Virus record (IMG/VR): IMGVR_UViG_3300037189_013673
Location: 6,513 to 70,512 of that record
Length of the DNA stretch: 64,000 nt
Reading direction: 5' to 3' (one strand)
Source of the DNA: a virus
Part shown: positions 18,363 through 27,353 of the stretch, piece after piece
How positions within the stretch are numbered: the stretch's first letter is position 1
Layout: every line of letters starts with the position of its first letter
Translations under genes and position numbers: made by a program
The notes under the pieces: generated by a model
Told to the model about the DNA's origin: nothing
The model's input: only the letters and a program-made list of their open reading frames with translations
Database searches by the model: none

Positions 18363-18977
18363 TTATGAAATTTTATTCATTGTTACTATTAAAGAAGGAG
18401 TCGCAGGATGTGGTACTGTTAAATTAGCTGCTTCATAAATTAATTGAACTTGTAAATCAGTTACTGAATATACTAATTCTACATATTCTCCTGCATTTAA
18501 AACTATAAAAAGATTCCAAGAAGCAATAAGTTTTGATTGATTAACACTACCTGATATTGTTACCTTACCATTTGTATTACTAACATCTACGCCTTGTTTT
18601 CTTAACCAAATATCAATTATATCTGTACCTGAACCAACTACTCTATCTATTTGCGCTGAAAATTGTAAATTATAAAGACCAGCTGTGTTTACTGTTATTT
18701 GAGAATTAGAAACTATAGATACTCCATTTGAAATATCTGTATTATTTAACGTCATTACTTTTGGAGTATTTATAACAGTAGCAGCTTGATTAGATGTGCT
18801 ATAAAAACTTCCGTATTTAAAATTAGTACTAAAATTAATATAATCAGATAATGGAGCAAATTGAGCTCTAGCATCTTTTACTTTCATTATATCATCTCTG
18901 CTATCAATGAATAGTGCTAAACCATTTCCTTCTGGAGTATATACCAGTTCAGGTGTTGATACAGTTAAATTTGGCAT
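18363..18977 (-). CDS. Spike-like protein with C1q/BclA-like head
   Basis: YGSFYST..Q, ITV..AGLYNLQFSAQ, LNAGEYVEL; N-terminus shared with ORF 16301. Confidence 0.75.
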   Translation of the reverse strand: MPNLTVSTPELVYTPEGNGLALFIDSRDDIMKVKDARAQFAPLSDYINFSTNFKYGSFYSTSNQAATVINTPKVMTLNNTDISNGVSIVSNSQITVNTAGLYNLQFSAQIDRVVGSGTDIIDIWLRKQGVDVSNTNGKVTISGSVNQSKLIASWNLFIVLNAGEYVELVYSVTDLQVQLIYEAANLTVPHPATPSLIVTMNKIS

Positions 18978-18989
18978 ATTTTAATTTTA

Positions 18990-19268
18990 TTAATTAAATA
19001 ATTTATTCATTATTATAGACCATAAAGCACTAACTACTATTGCTCCACCTATTAGCTTTGCTTTAAATGATTTATGTTCTTCAATAAACTTAGTATGTTC
19101 TTCTACAATTTTAACTAAACCTTTTTGACCATAAGCTTCATTGCCTACTATAGTTTGATTTAATTGATTTAATGTGTTATTCATAGATAACATAGTGTCT
19201 TTAATCCATTGTATATCTTCTGAACTTACTTCAGTAGGTTTTGATTTTGCTCTAGTAATTGGTGGCAT
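18990..19268 (-). CDS. Coiled-coil protein with C-terminal TM
   Basis: G.KGLV coil then LIGGAIVVSALWSII. Confidence 0.65.
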   Translation of the reverse strand: MPPITRAKSKPTEVSSEDIQWIKDTMLSMNNTLNQLNQTIVGNEAYGQKGLVKIVEEHTKFIEEHKSFKAKLIGGAIVVSALWSIIMNKLFN

Positions 19269-19279
19269 ATTTTATTGCT

Positions 19280-19675
19280 TTATAATCCTAATTCTTCTAA
19301 ATGCTTTCCAAGTGATGTGGTTTTACCACATTTATACTTGTTATAGAAAGCTAATCCTATATTTTCTTTAACAATCATAATAAAAGAACAAACGTTATCA
19401 ATTTCATCTTCTGTGTCTCTTGCATAGATTTGAATTGATTTTTTCATAAATGGATTTGCTAACTGTTGATAGCCAAGTAAATCCATTTTAGCATCCATTA
19501 TTTGTAAAAAAGTAACTTTTTCTTTTTCTTGAAAGTTAACACAGATAGTATAAAATACATATCCATTTTCATCATCTGTTACTTTAATTTGAACTTCTTT
19601 TTCAGGAACGTTATATACTTTAGCATATTTTTTAATTCCTTTTAACATGATTTTTTTAACTATCGACTCTACCAT
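19280..19675 (-). CDS. Hypothetical protein
   Basis: 131-aa ORF with A-rich leader. Confidence 0.7.
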   Translation of the reverse strand: MVESIVKKIMLKGIKKYAKVYNVPEKEVQIKVTDDENGYVFYTICVNFQEKEKVTFLQIMDAKMDLLGYQQLANPFMKKSIQIYARDTEDEIDNVCSFIMIVKENIGLAFYNKYKCGKTTSLGKHLEELGL

Positions 19676-19711
19676 TTTGTTGTTTTTTTTAAGTTTCTAT
19701 TTGTAAAATTA

Positions 19712-20278
19712 CTATTTTATTCCTAATAAAGCTGCTAATTTTGGATTTTTTACTTTAAACTTATCAAACGGTTTATCTAAATTATATTCTTTTAAAAAAT
19801 CAGCAGAGTATTGAAATATTTGATTATTAAAATCAATACTACTATTTATACCAATAAATTTAACTTTAACATTACCATTTACTTCTATATTTATTGGGTT
19901 TCTAGCTAATATATCTTTAACTAAAGGTAAAACTGATGTTTTAGCTTTTTGCAAATCAATAGTGCCATTTATTTTTAATGGAAAAGAACTATTAGGCAGT
20001 ATTACAAAAGAATTATTAGATATTGAATTAGCAAATTGAACTCCTTTAAAACCAAATTTTAAATCATAACTTTTAACTATAACTTCAAAAGAAGATTTAT
20101 TAGTTAAATCAATTTGTAATGAAACATCTATTTTGTTATTAGGTATATCTACATTTTCGTATTTAAAACTTTTAATTTTATAATCATAATTTAAAGCTTG
20201 ACTTATTTGATATTTAAAATACCTATATAAACCAAAACCAGCCAATCCTATACCACCAAATAATAATACTTTTTTCAT
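19712..20278 (-). CDS. Membrane-anchored LEA_2/WHy-like beta-sandwich protein
   Basis: N-terminal TM; L.I.LTNKSSF.V.VKSY...F.G..FA...F.I.PNS pattern. Confidence 0.65.
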   Translation of the reverse strand: MKKVLLFGGIGLAGFGLYRYFKYQISQALNYDYKIKSFKYENVDIPNNKIDVSLQIDLTNKSSFEVIVKSYDLKFGFKGVQFANSISNNSFVILPNSSFPLKINGTIDLQKAKTSVLPLVKDILARNPINIEVNGNVKVKFIGINSSIDFNNQIFQYSADFLKEYNLDKPFDKFKVKNPKLAALLGIK

Positions 20279-20279
20279 T

Positions 20280-20477
20280 TTATTTTTTCTTATATGAAAT
20301 TCCTACTTTTAAAAGTACTAATAATAAAACAGCACTAGCAACTAATATAGTATATCTTAAAATAGTTTTATTACCAGTTTCTTTTTCTTTATCAATAAGT
20401 TTCATTTGTGTCTCTTCTTTGTTCAACAAATCTTGTATTCTGCTCATTTCTGAACTATCATATATTAATCCAGCCAT
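20280..20477 (-). CDS. Small C-terminal TM protein
   Basis: YTILVASAVLLLVLLK. Confidence 0.7.
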   Translation of the reverse strand: MAGLIYDSSEMSRIQDLLNKEETQMKLIDKEKETGNKTILRYTILVASAVLLLVLLKVGISYKKK

Positions 20478-20480
20478 CTT

Positions 20481-20837
20481 TTAATTTTTTTGTGTTGCTA
20501 TTAATAAAACTCCAAATGCTAAAACAAGTATTCCACCACCTACTATAATTCTTTTTCTTGCTTGTGCTTTGCTATCTGGCTCAATCCTATCTTTATCTAC
20601 TGCACTATATTTATTTACATAATAATCAACCATTAAACCTTTAGTGCCTATATTTTTCTCATCACATTTTAAAACTACCATTAATGCTTTTTTACTTGCT
20701 AAAAATGGTGTTATTTCATTTAATTGTGATTCATTAAATTCTCTTGCATAAAAGTCTTTTTTAACTAATAGCTTTTCAACTTGGTTTTGCAATTCCATGC
20801 AATCGGTTGTTTTTGGAAAATCTGTTGCTAATGACAT
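20481..20837 (-). CDS. C-terminal TM protein with one Cys-pair helical unit
   Basis: DCMEL...LKC; IIVGGGILVLAFGVLL. Confidence 0.75.
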   Translation of the reverse strand: MSLATDFPKTTDCMELQNQVEKLLVKKDFYAREFNESQLNEITPFLASKKALMVVLKCDEKNIGTKGLMVDYYVNKYSAVDKDRIEPDSKAQARKRIIVGGGILVLAFGVLLIATQKN

Positions 20838-20840
20838 AAT

Positions 20841-22037
20841 TTATTTTTTTAAAACCATATAAAAACCAGTAAGTAATACTAATGCACCAATTCCAATGTA
20901 AGCATATTGCTCTGTTACATTTTTCTTTAACACATTACTTTCTTGCTGACTTGCCATATCGGTAAGCACGATTGCATTATCTTTTAACTTTTCACTTTCT
21001 AATCTACCTTTGCAACCTTTATTAATAAAATCATTTTCTAAATTTGCAGTTTGAGCTTTAAATTTATTAAGTATAGTTTCGCTTGAACTTGTCCATTGTT
21101 CACCTAATTCAAGTTTCTTTTTTAATCTATAAAGTATTTCTTCTTTATAAGATTTTATATTTTCATCTAATTTAACGCAATCTCTAACATCTTTGTAATT
21201 AACTCCAGTTCTAACTATTTGTTTTGAAGCACAAGTAGTTTTATCAAAAATTTGTTGCTTAAACTCTAAATCTCTTTTAGCGCCAAACATATCACTTCTT
21301 GCCGGAGAACCTAATCTATTTGAATCTGGGTCTGCTTTATATCTATCGTATTGCTCTTTTAAAGTAGAAATATCTTCTTTTAAAGTTTCACAATCTACAT
21401 TTGCTACATCACAACTATCGTATGCTTTTTTTAAAATTGCTACTTTTTCTTTTTTTGATGGTAATGTTTTAGTAACTAAATCTTTAGTTCCTCCCCATTT
21501 GAATTTAAAATCTTTATCATTTAAAGCAGTAAGGTCTGCTTCAACATCTATTACTACTTTATTTTCTGTTAAATAAGCTATACCATTATTAACACAATCA
21601 GATTTAAACTCTTGTGTTTTAAGACAATTGCCACCACCAACACATTCCATCGCGTCCATTTCTTGACCACAAATAGAATTTCTATATTCTTCTAAAGCAT
21701 CTAAATATATTTTTTGAACTTTATCTTTTTGAGCTTGTAATTCAGCAACTCTTTTTTTACTTGCTTCATTTAATTGGTAGCCACCACTATAAATAATACC
21801 TTGTTCTGGATTAGTTATAGCGTTTATTTGTCTTTGAATTTCAAATGTTGCATAGTAATTTGTAGCTATTTTTAAAAACAAAACTTCGCAATGAAAATCT
21901 TGTTGTACTTTAGATACAATTTTAGGTTTTGTAATACCTAATCTAATCAATGGGTCATATTTGGTATCTTTAAGTAAAGCTAAAGCAATACCACCGGTAC
22001 CTAATGCTATAAAAGATGCTCCAAGTAATTTACTCAT
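20841..22037 (-). CDS. Membrane protein with N- and C-terminal TM and repeated Cys-bounded helical units
   Basis: DC..L...I ... C units; YIGIGALVLLTGFYMVLKK. Confidence 0.75.
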   Translation of the reverse strand: MSKLLGASFIALGTGGIALALLKDTKYDPLIRLGITKPKIVSKVQQDFHCEVLFLKIATNYYATFEIQRQINAITNPEQGIIYSGGYQLNEASKKRVAELQAQKDKVQKIYLDALEEYRNSICGQEMDAMECVGGGNCLKTQEFKSDCVNNGIAYLTENKVVIDVEADLTALNDKDFKFKWGGTKDLVTKTLPSKKEKVAILKKAYDSCDVANVDCETLKEDISTLKEQYDRYKADPDSNRLGSPARSDMFGAKRDLEFKQQIFDKTTCASKQIVRTGVNYKDVRDCVKLDENIKSYKEEILYRLKKKLELGEQWTSSSETILNKFKAQTANLENDFINKGCKGRLESEKLKDNAIVLTDMASQQESNVLKKNVTEQYAYIGIGALVLLTGFYMVLKK

Positions 22038-22040
22038 TTT

Positions 22041-22478
22041 TTATTTTTCTTTAAAAATTCCCATAAAAATAATTAATGCTCCAACTCCTACTAAAGCATA
22101 TAAAACATAATTTGTTTTTGGTTTTGGTGTTGTAGTTTTTGCTGATTCAATATTTTTTAAATCTTTAATTAAATTATCAACTGGTTTTTGGGTTGTATTT
22201 TTAGGTGGTTTAGGAGTAACAATGTCTTTAACTACATCTTTTACATTATTTTGTGAATCTTTTATATCTTGCGCAAGTTGTTGAGCCAATTCTCTTGGAG
22301 TTGGTTGATTAATTGGCACTGGTATATCTTGATTAACCATAGTTTGTCCATACTCATTTACAATCAAATTTGGATTTGTTCCATAAACAATTGGTGTACC
22401 CATAGGTACATCTACTATATTGCTATTGCCTTGAAATACTGGGTCAACGTAAATTGTTTCTTTTGTTGGTGCTTTCAT
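22041..22478 (-). CDS. Pro/Thr-rich protein with C-terminal TM
   Basis: YVLYALVGVGALIIFMGIFKEK. Confidence 0.75.
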   Translation of the reverse strand: MKAPTKETIYVDPVFQGNSNIVDVPMGTPIVYGTNPNLIVNEYGQTMVNQDIPVPINQPTPRELAQQLAQDIKDSQNNVKDVVKDIVTPKPPKNTTQKPVDNLIKDLKNIESAKTTTPKPKTNYVLYALVGVGALIIFMGIFKEK

Positions 22479-22502
22479 ATTTTTTTTATTTTAAAATTTT
22501 AA

Positions 22503-23039
22503 TTATGACATTACAAAACCAGCACCTTCAATAATTGGTTTTATTTTATTTTTTGTAACAAAATCAGCAATTCCTAATTCTTCTTGTAACCAGCCAACTA
22601 AATCTAAATCTGGGTTTTTACCAAAAATAACTGGGTTATCTAATCCAATAGGGCTTTGAGATGGAGTACCACCGTTAATCGAAGAATAAGTTCTTTGACC
22701 AAAAGCATTATAAATCATTTTAAAATCTTCTGAATTTATTTTGCTAAATATTGATTTTATGACAGATAAATCAGTTCCCCAGTAATAATTAAATGCTTTA
22801 AATAATTGCTCTGCGTAATTTTGTGCAGTTGCTTGTGAAATTTTAGTTTTAGTAATATCAACTTGTTGTTCATGATAGTTAGCACCAATTACTTTTTGAC
22901 CAGATACTAAGTTTTTTAATCTTTTAACAACTGCTAATCCAACTACTATAATAACAATTGCACCACCTACATATAGTAATGGTTTTCTATTATTTCCTAT
23001 GAATGTGCCAGTTTTACTTAAAGTGTTTTTTAAATCCAT
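22503..23039 (-). CDS. Membrane protein with annexin-repeat-like domain
   Basis: TM then AEQLFKAFNYYWGTDLSVIKSIF...IYNAFG...DLVGWLQEEL. Confidence 0.55.
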   Translation of the reverse strand: MDLKNTLSKTGTFIGNNRKPLLYVGGAIVIIVVGLAVVKRLKNLVSGQKVIGANYHEQQVDITKTKISQATAQNYAEQLFKAFNYYWGTDLSVIKSIFSKINSEDFKMIYNAFGQRTYSSINGGTPSQSPIGLDNPVIFGKNPDLDLVGWLQEELGIADFVTKNKIKPIIEGAGFVMS

Positions 23040-23045
23040 TTTTTT

Positions 23046-23366
23046 TTATTTTTTAATTACTTTACCTCCACCTTGAACATTATATTTAATGTTTTTATGT
23101 GTAAATTGATATTGATTATTTAAAACTGCTCTTGCCCAATCTCTTAAATAAGCTGCTTCAAAAGTTTGCAATGCACTTCTTAATCCACTATATTTACCAG
23201 CATTTATAATAGTATCTATGTCACTTTCTTTTTGATTAGCAACATCTGGAGAAATATTTTGTTTAGAGTTTGCCAAATCTTTAGCTTCTTGTACTTTTTT
23301 AAAAATAATATATCCTCCAATTAATAATATGGAAAAACCTAATAATTCAAATTTATATTTTTTCAT
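23046..23366 (-). CDS. Small N-terminal TM protein
   Basis: LLGFSILLIGGYIIFKK. Confidence 0.75.
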   Translation of the reverse strand: MKKYKFELLGFSILLIGGYIIFKKVQEAKDLANSKQNISPDVANQKESDIDTIINAGKYSGLRSALQTFEAAYLRDWARAVLNNQYQFTHKNIKYNVQGGGKVIKK

Positions 23367-23370
23367 GATT

Positions 23371-23832
23371 TTATAATTTTACTGCTATACCATTATTTTC
23401 TTTATAACCTAATAATGTAATTTGTTTTCTTTTTTCCAAAATCATTCTTTGGTTTCTATCACAATTTTTATAATTTTCCATTTCTCCTTTATCAGCACCA
23501 GTAGTAGGTTTAGACGCAAAACTACATGATTCATAAGGATGAGTAGGCGTTTCTTGTAAAGTATCAAATTGACTTTTTAATGTAGTAATTTGAGTTGCTA
23601 AACCTTGTGCTTGAATTTGCTTATTAGTTTCTTCTTGTGTTGATGCTGTCTTAATTTGCGCAGTATCTAAAACTTTATCTGGAGTTGCTCCAGTTACAGT
23701 TCCAGTATTTGAAAGACTACTTGCTAATGTATCAGATAAAGGAATTTTCTTTTTGCTTTTAAAGTAAAAATATGCACCACCACCAACTATTGCTAATGCT
23801 AAAGTACCGAATATTATATTTTTCGCATTCAT
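23371..23832 (-). CDS. N-terminal TM protein, paralog of ORF 23844
   Basis: Near-identical MNAKNIIFGTLALAIVGG..YFYFK and TGATPDKVLDTA. Confidence 0.8.
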   Translation of the reverse strand: MNAKNIIFGTLALAIVGGGAYFYFKSKKKIPLSDTLASSLSNTGTVTGATPDKVLDTAQIKTASTQEETNKQIQAQGLATQITTLKSQFDTLQETPTHPYESCSFASKPTTGADKGEMENYKNCDRNQRMILEKRKQITLLGYKENNGIAVKL

Positions 23833-23843
23833 TTTATTTATTT

Positions 23844-24437
23844 TTAAATAGTAATTTTTGAAATTTCACAATTTGATTCCATATATCCTAATAAAGCTAA
23901 TTCTTTATTTAAAGACGTAATTAATTTTTCTATATTACTGATTTTTCCACTCTTTTGTGATTCTACATCTGCTATATTCCAACAAAAAGTACTTGTATAA
24001 GCATACTTACTACAAAAATCTGAATTACTCATATTCTTAAAAAGATTCTTTTGCGTTTTTGCTTCACAAATTTTATTTGCCAATTCTTTTGCTTTAGTAA
24101 TTTGCTTTGCTTTAGCTTCTAATTCTGCTTGTGTTGGCTCATTTGACAATGGTTTGTTATATACTGGCGCAGTATCTAAAACTTTATCTGGAGTTGCTCC
24201 AGTTCCAGTTCCACTACCAGTTCCAGTTCCACTACCAGTTCCAGTTCCACTACCAGTTCCAGTTCCACTACCAGTTCCAGTTCCAGTTCCACTACCAGTT
24301 CCACTACCAGTGTTTGTTAAACTACTTACTAATTTATCAGCTAAAGGACTTTTCTTTTTATTTTTAAAATAGAAATATGCACTACCACCAACTATTGCTA
24401 ATGCTAAAGTACCAAATATTATATTTTTTGCGTTCAT
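23844..24437 (-). CDS. N-terminal TM protein with (GT/GS)n linker, paralog of ORF 23371
   Basis: Same N-terminus; Gly-Thr/Ser repeat; Cys-containing C-terminal domain. Confidence 0.8.
   Translation of the reverse strand: MNAKNIIFGTLALAIVGGSAYFYFKNKKKSPLADKLVSSLTNTGSGTGSGTGTGTGSGTGTGSGTGTGSGTGTGSGTGTGATPDKVLDTAPVYNKPLSNEPTQAELEAKAKQITKAKELANKICEAKTQKNLFKNMSNSDFCSKYAYTSTFCWNIADVESQKSGKISNIEKLITSLNKELALLGYMESNCEISKITI
24199..24311. repeat. 6-bp-unit tandem repeat (ccagtt/ccacta) encoding a Gly-Thr/Gly-Ser linker
   Basis: Directly visible. Confidence 0.9.
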
Positions 24438-24438
24438 T

Positions 24439-24849
24439 TTATACTTTTTTAATTATTTGACTTCCAGAAGCACCTCTTGGATTTGAATCAATTCTATAAC
24501 CTAATTTATTTACCGCGTCTTCAATATCTTTAATTTGAATTTTAAGTGAAATTAAATTTTTATTAGAAGCAAGAACATTACCCATATTAAATATTCGTTT
24601 CCAAATACTATCATATAAAGGCATTAATGCTTTAGCTTTTTTCTCATTAATTAAATCAATATTCATAGCTTCTGCTTGAGCTGCTCCAGATTCTTGTACT
24701 GCTGTTTCAAAATTTTTCTTTAAAATTTCTTCCGCTTTAGCACTTTCTTCCGCTTTAGCTTTATCATCAGCAACTTTCTTTTTTCTTAAAAATAAAAAAG
24801 CACCAATAATAATTGCTGAACCTAATATTAAATATAAATTTTTCTTCAT
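24439..24849 (-). CDS. N-terminal TM protein, distant paralog of ORFs 23371/23844
   Basis: TM; KA..L helix; C-terminal LGY motif. Confidence 0.7.
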   Translation of the reverse strand: MKKNLYLILGSAIIIGAFLFLRKKKVADDKAKAEESAKAEEILKKNFETAVQESGAAQAEAMNIDLINEKKAKALMPLYDSIWKRIFNMGNVLASNKNLISLKIQIKDIEDAVNKLGYRIDSNPRGASGSQIIKKV

Positions 24850-24854
24850 CAGAT

Positions 24855-25121
24855 TTATAAAACAGTAGGTGTAATTGTTTTAACTGCGTTTTGACTTTTA
24901 TTTTTAATTTCTGCTAATAATCCTTTTAAAGAATCAATAACTTGTGATGCTCCAGATAATGTATTTCCAGTATTTGCTGGAGCTGGCGATTGAGTATTAT
25001 CTTCTACTACCATCGGTGGAGTAGTATTCATCTTATTAGACTTGTTTTTAGACATATACATATATCCTCCAATTAATAATAATGCTCCTCCTAAAACGTA
25101 AAGTGTTGTGTGTTTTTTCAT
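24855..25121 (-). CDS. Small N-terminal TM protein
   Basis: LYVLGGALLLIGGYMYM. Confidence 0.75.
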   Translation of the reverse strand: MKKHTTLYVLGGALLLIGGYMYMSKNKSNKMNTTPPMVVEDNTQSPAPANTGNTLSGASQVIDSLKGLLAEIKNKSQNAVKTITPTVL

Positions 25122-25122
25122 T

Positions 25123-25461
25123 TTATAAATCTTTTAATGTGATTGTTTTAACTCCTTTTGCTTTAAATAAAGCATTTTCTGTAACAGTACCAAATATTCC
25201 ATCAATACCATCTTTATTATCACCAAAAGCGCCTAGGTTTGCTTTATACTTAGTTTTAAGTATTCTTTGCAACTCACTTACTTCTGGTTCTTGCATACCT
25301 TTTTTAAGTTCTAATGAATAATCAAGAAAACTTTCGCCACCTTGACTATCTAAAACTGGTTTATTCAAACTTTTTAACCATTTGCTTGTTCCATATACTA
25401 AAGCAAAAAGCAATATTGCTCCTATAAAGTATGTGCTTGTGTGTTTTGGGTTTAATTTCAT
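25123..25461 (-). CDS. Membrane-anchored peptidoglycan-binding (PG_binding_1-like) protein
   Basis: LKKG....V..LQ..L ... IDGIFG..TE.AL. Confidence 0.8.
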   Translation of the reverse strand: MKLNPKHTSTYFIGAILLFALVYGTSKWLKSLNKPVLDSQGGESFLDYSLELKKGMQEPEVSELQRILKTKYKANLGAFGDNKDGIDGIFGTVTENALFKAKGVKTITLKDL

Positions 25462-25539
25462 AATTATCTAATTTTTTCAAGATAGGCAATACACTTCTTT
25501 TGTGTTCCAAAGTCCTTATGTAATTGACTTAAATTCAAT

Positions 25540-25650
25540 TTACTTGCTGTTTTTATAAATCATATAAAAACTTGCTAAAACACCTACAATACCAAGTGTC
25601 ATTACAATTTTATGTTTTTCCCAAGCGTTTTTAATCTTTTCTTTTGTCAT
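25540..25650 (-). CDS. 36-aa TM microprotein (not in ORF track)
   Basis: MTKEKIKNAWEKHKIVMTLGIVGVLASFYMIYKNSK*. Confidence 0.6.
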   Translation of the reverse strand: MTKEKIKNAWEKHKIVMTLGIVGVLASFYMIYKNSK

Positions 25651-25720
25651 TTTTTAAATTTTTAAATTAATCCCAATATTCTATTTTTTTAAATATTCCA
25701 TTTTCTTTTTTGCCATAATT

Positions 25721-26506
25721 TTATCGTATTACCATTTTATTTTTCTCAAAATTTCTTATAAAATTGTCTATTCTTTGGAATCTTTTTCCATTTGCTTCAC
25801 TTGGAGCATCCATAAAAACTTTATAGAATGCTTCATATCCTTCAATTCTAGGATAGCCTAATCCTAAATAGATTAGTAAACCATTAATATCTGCTTCAGA
25901 TTCATCATGAATATCATCATTTACATAATAATGACTAAATTCATGACATAAAATAGCAAATCTCATTGGTATAGTATATTCATCAATGTATTTTTTAGCA
26001 ACTTGTATTCTACCTGTGCTTTGATTAATTCTAGCAGGAGTAGTCAATGCTCTACCATCTTTATTTGTAATGACATCTAGATACTCAATTATAAACTCTC
26101 CATTATCGGATTGATATGATTTACCTGTTTCTAAATACGACGCGTTAAAACAAAACCTTTGAGCAAAATCAACAAATTCAGAAATACTTTTATTAGAAAT
26201 ATCTACAACATCCATTCTTTTTTCTAATGGTTGTTTTTGACAAGATATAACTGTAATATTTTTTTCTTGTTCTTTAGGTAAATTACCTATTCTATCATCA
26301 TAAACTGAAAGAATTATAGAATCAGAAGTTAGAGGCATTCTTATATAAAAAATCTCTTCATTTCTAACTGCTTTAGTTCTATTAGTAAATATGATTTTAT
26401 TTTTAGTTTCATCACAAATCTTAATCCTTACAGTTGTAGGTGTTTTTACTACTATTTTTAAGCACAAACACATTTCATCATATCTAGTTTGTATTCTAAA
26501 ATTCAT
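25721..26506 (-). CDS. Zincin-like metallopeptidase
   Basis: AILCHEFSHYY (HExxH) followed by E.EAD. Confidence 0.7.
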   Translation of the reverse strand: MNFRIQTRYDEMCLCLKIVVKTPTTVRIKICDETKNKIIFTNRTKAVRNEEIFYIRMPLTSDSIILSVYDDRIGNLPKEQEKNITVISCQKQPLEKRMDVVDISNKSISEFVDFAQRFCFNASYLETGKSYQSDNGEFIIEYLDVITNKDGRALTTPARINQSTGRIQVAKKYIDEYTIPMRFAILCHEFSHYYVNDDIHDESEADINGLLIYLGLGYPRIEGYEAFYKVFMDAPSEANGKRFQRIDNFIRNFEKNKMVIR

Positions 26507-26507
26507 G

Positions 26508-26855
26508 TTATTTCTTTTTAGTGTAAAACTTATATGCTATAACTCCTGATATTAATAAGACACTTGATACTAAAATCCATTTATTTAGTCCAAGAAAATT
26601 ATTTTTATTTATAGGATTATCATTTGCATTTTTATTAATACCTAATATTTTCTCGAACTTACCAGTATTTTTTATGCCTAAAGAATCTTCTAAACGAGTA
26701 GTATCTAATATATCATTTTCTCCAGTAACGTTAAGTAAATGTTCTTTAGGTGGAATAGTACCTTTCATCGTTTCTCTTTCCAACCAATCTTTAAAAGTTA
26801 ATGTAGTTCCACTTTCTTTCCAAAGTTGATTTTTACTTTTAGCAAAATTACTCAT
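26508..26855 (-). CDS. C-terminal TM protein
   Basis: FLGLNKWILVSSVLLISGVIAYKF. Confidence 0.75.
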   Translation of the reverse strand: MSNFAKSKNQLWKESGTTLTFKDWLERETMKGTIPPKEHLLNVTGENDILDTTRLEDSLGIKNTGKFEKILGINKNANDNPINKNNFLGLNKWILVSSVLLISGVIAYKFYTKKK

Positions 26856-26858
26856 AAG

Positions 26859-27020
26859 TTATATTTTAATTTCTGGTAGTTTTTTTGAATCAATTTTTAA
26901 ATCTTCTTTCGTCATTGATTCAACATGTTTTTTAGGTAAATAATACCCTTTGTATAAATATACCAATGCTCCAACTCCGATTGAAAAAATTGCAATACCT
27001 AATATTTTTTTTGGTTTCAT
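26859..27020 (-). CDS. Small N-terminal TM protein (start probably 27020 rather than 27050)
   Basis: MKPKKILGIAIFSIGVGALVYLY; upstream ORF ends at 27026. Confidence 0.65.
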   Translation of the reverse strand: MKPKKILGIAIFSIGVGALVYLYKGYYLPKKHVESMTKEDLKIDSKKLPEIKI

Positions 27021-27025
27021 GATAA

Positions 27026-27178
27026 TTATTTTTCTTGACTTTCTTTCCAAGCTTTACCAGCAATCCAAACAGTAGCAAAAAGAATAAATGACCAAGCACC
27101 TACCTCTAATAAATAATTTTTGGTTGCACTCTTATATTTAGTAGGTTGGTCACCTTCATTATAAATAAAATTTTCCAT
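27026..27178 (-). CDS. 50-aa TM microprotein (not in ORF track)
   Basis: MENFIYNEGD...WSFILFATVWIAGKAWKESQEK*. Confidence 0.65.
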   Translation of the reverse strand: MENFIYNEGDQPTKYKSATKNYLLEVGAWSFILFATVWIAGKAWKESQEK

Positions 27179-27210
27179 TTTTAATTTTTTATAAAATTAA
27201 GAATAATTTT

Positions 27211-27318
27211 TTAATTACTTTGACTTTTTTTCCAGCCTTTTCCAGCTACATAAACAACTCCGTAAAGAACAGCTAATGATACAACTACTCCTAGTATTTT
27301 TCCTAAATTATTTTTCAT
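27211..27318 (-). CDS. 35-aa TM microprotein, paralog of ORF 27026 (not in ORF track)
   Basis: MKNNLGKILGVVVSLAVLYGVVYVAGKGWKKSQSN*. Confidence 0.65.
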   Translation of the reverse strand: MKNNLGKILGVVVSLAVLYGVVYVAGKGWKKSQSN

Positions 27319-27353
27319 TTTGATTTATTTTTAAAAGTTAAACGTTTGTTTAA

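Noticed and set aside
24131-24372. + strand ORFs with (FQFHYQ)n and (VP/LP)n repeats
   Set aside because: Antisense shadows of the GT/GS linker repeat in ORF 23844
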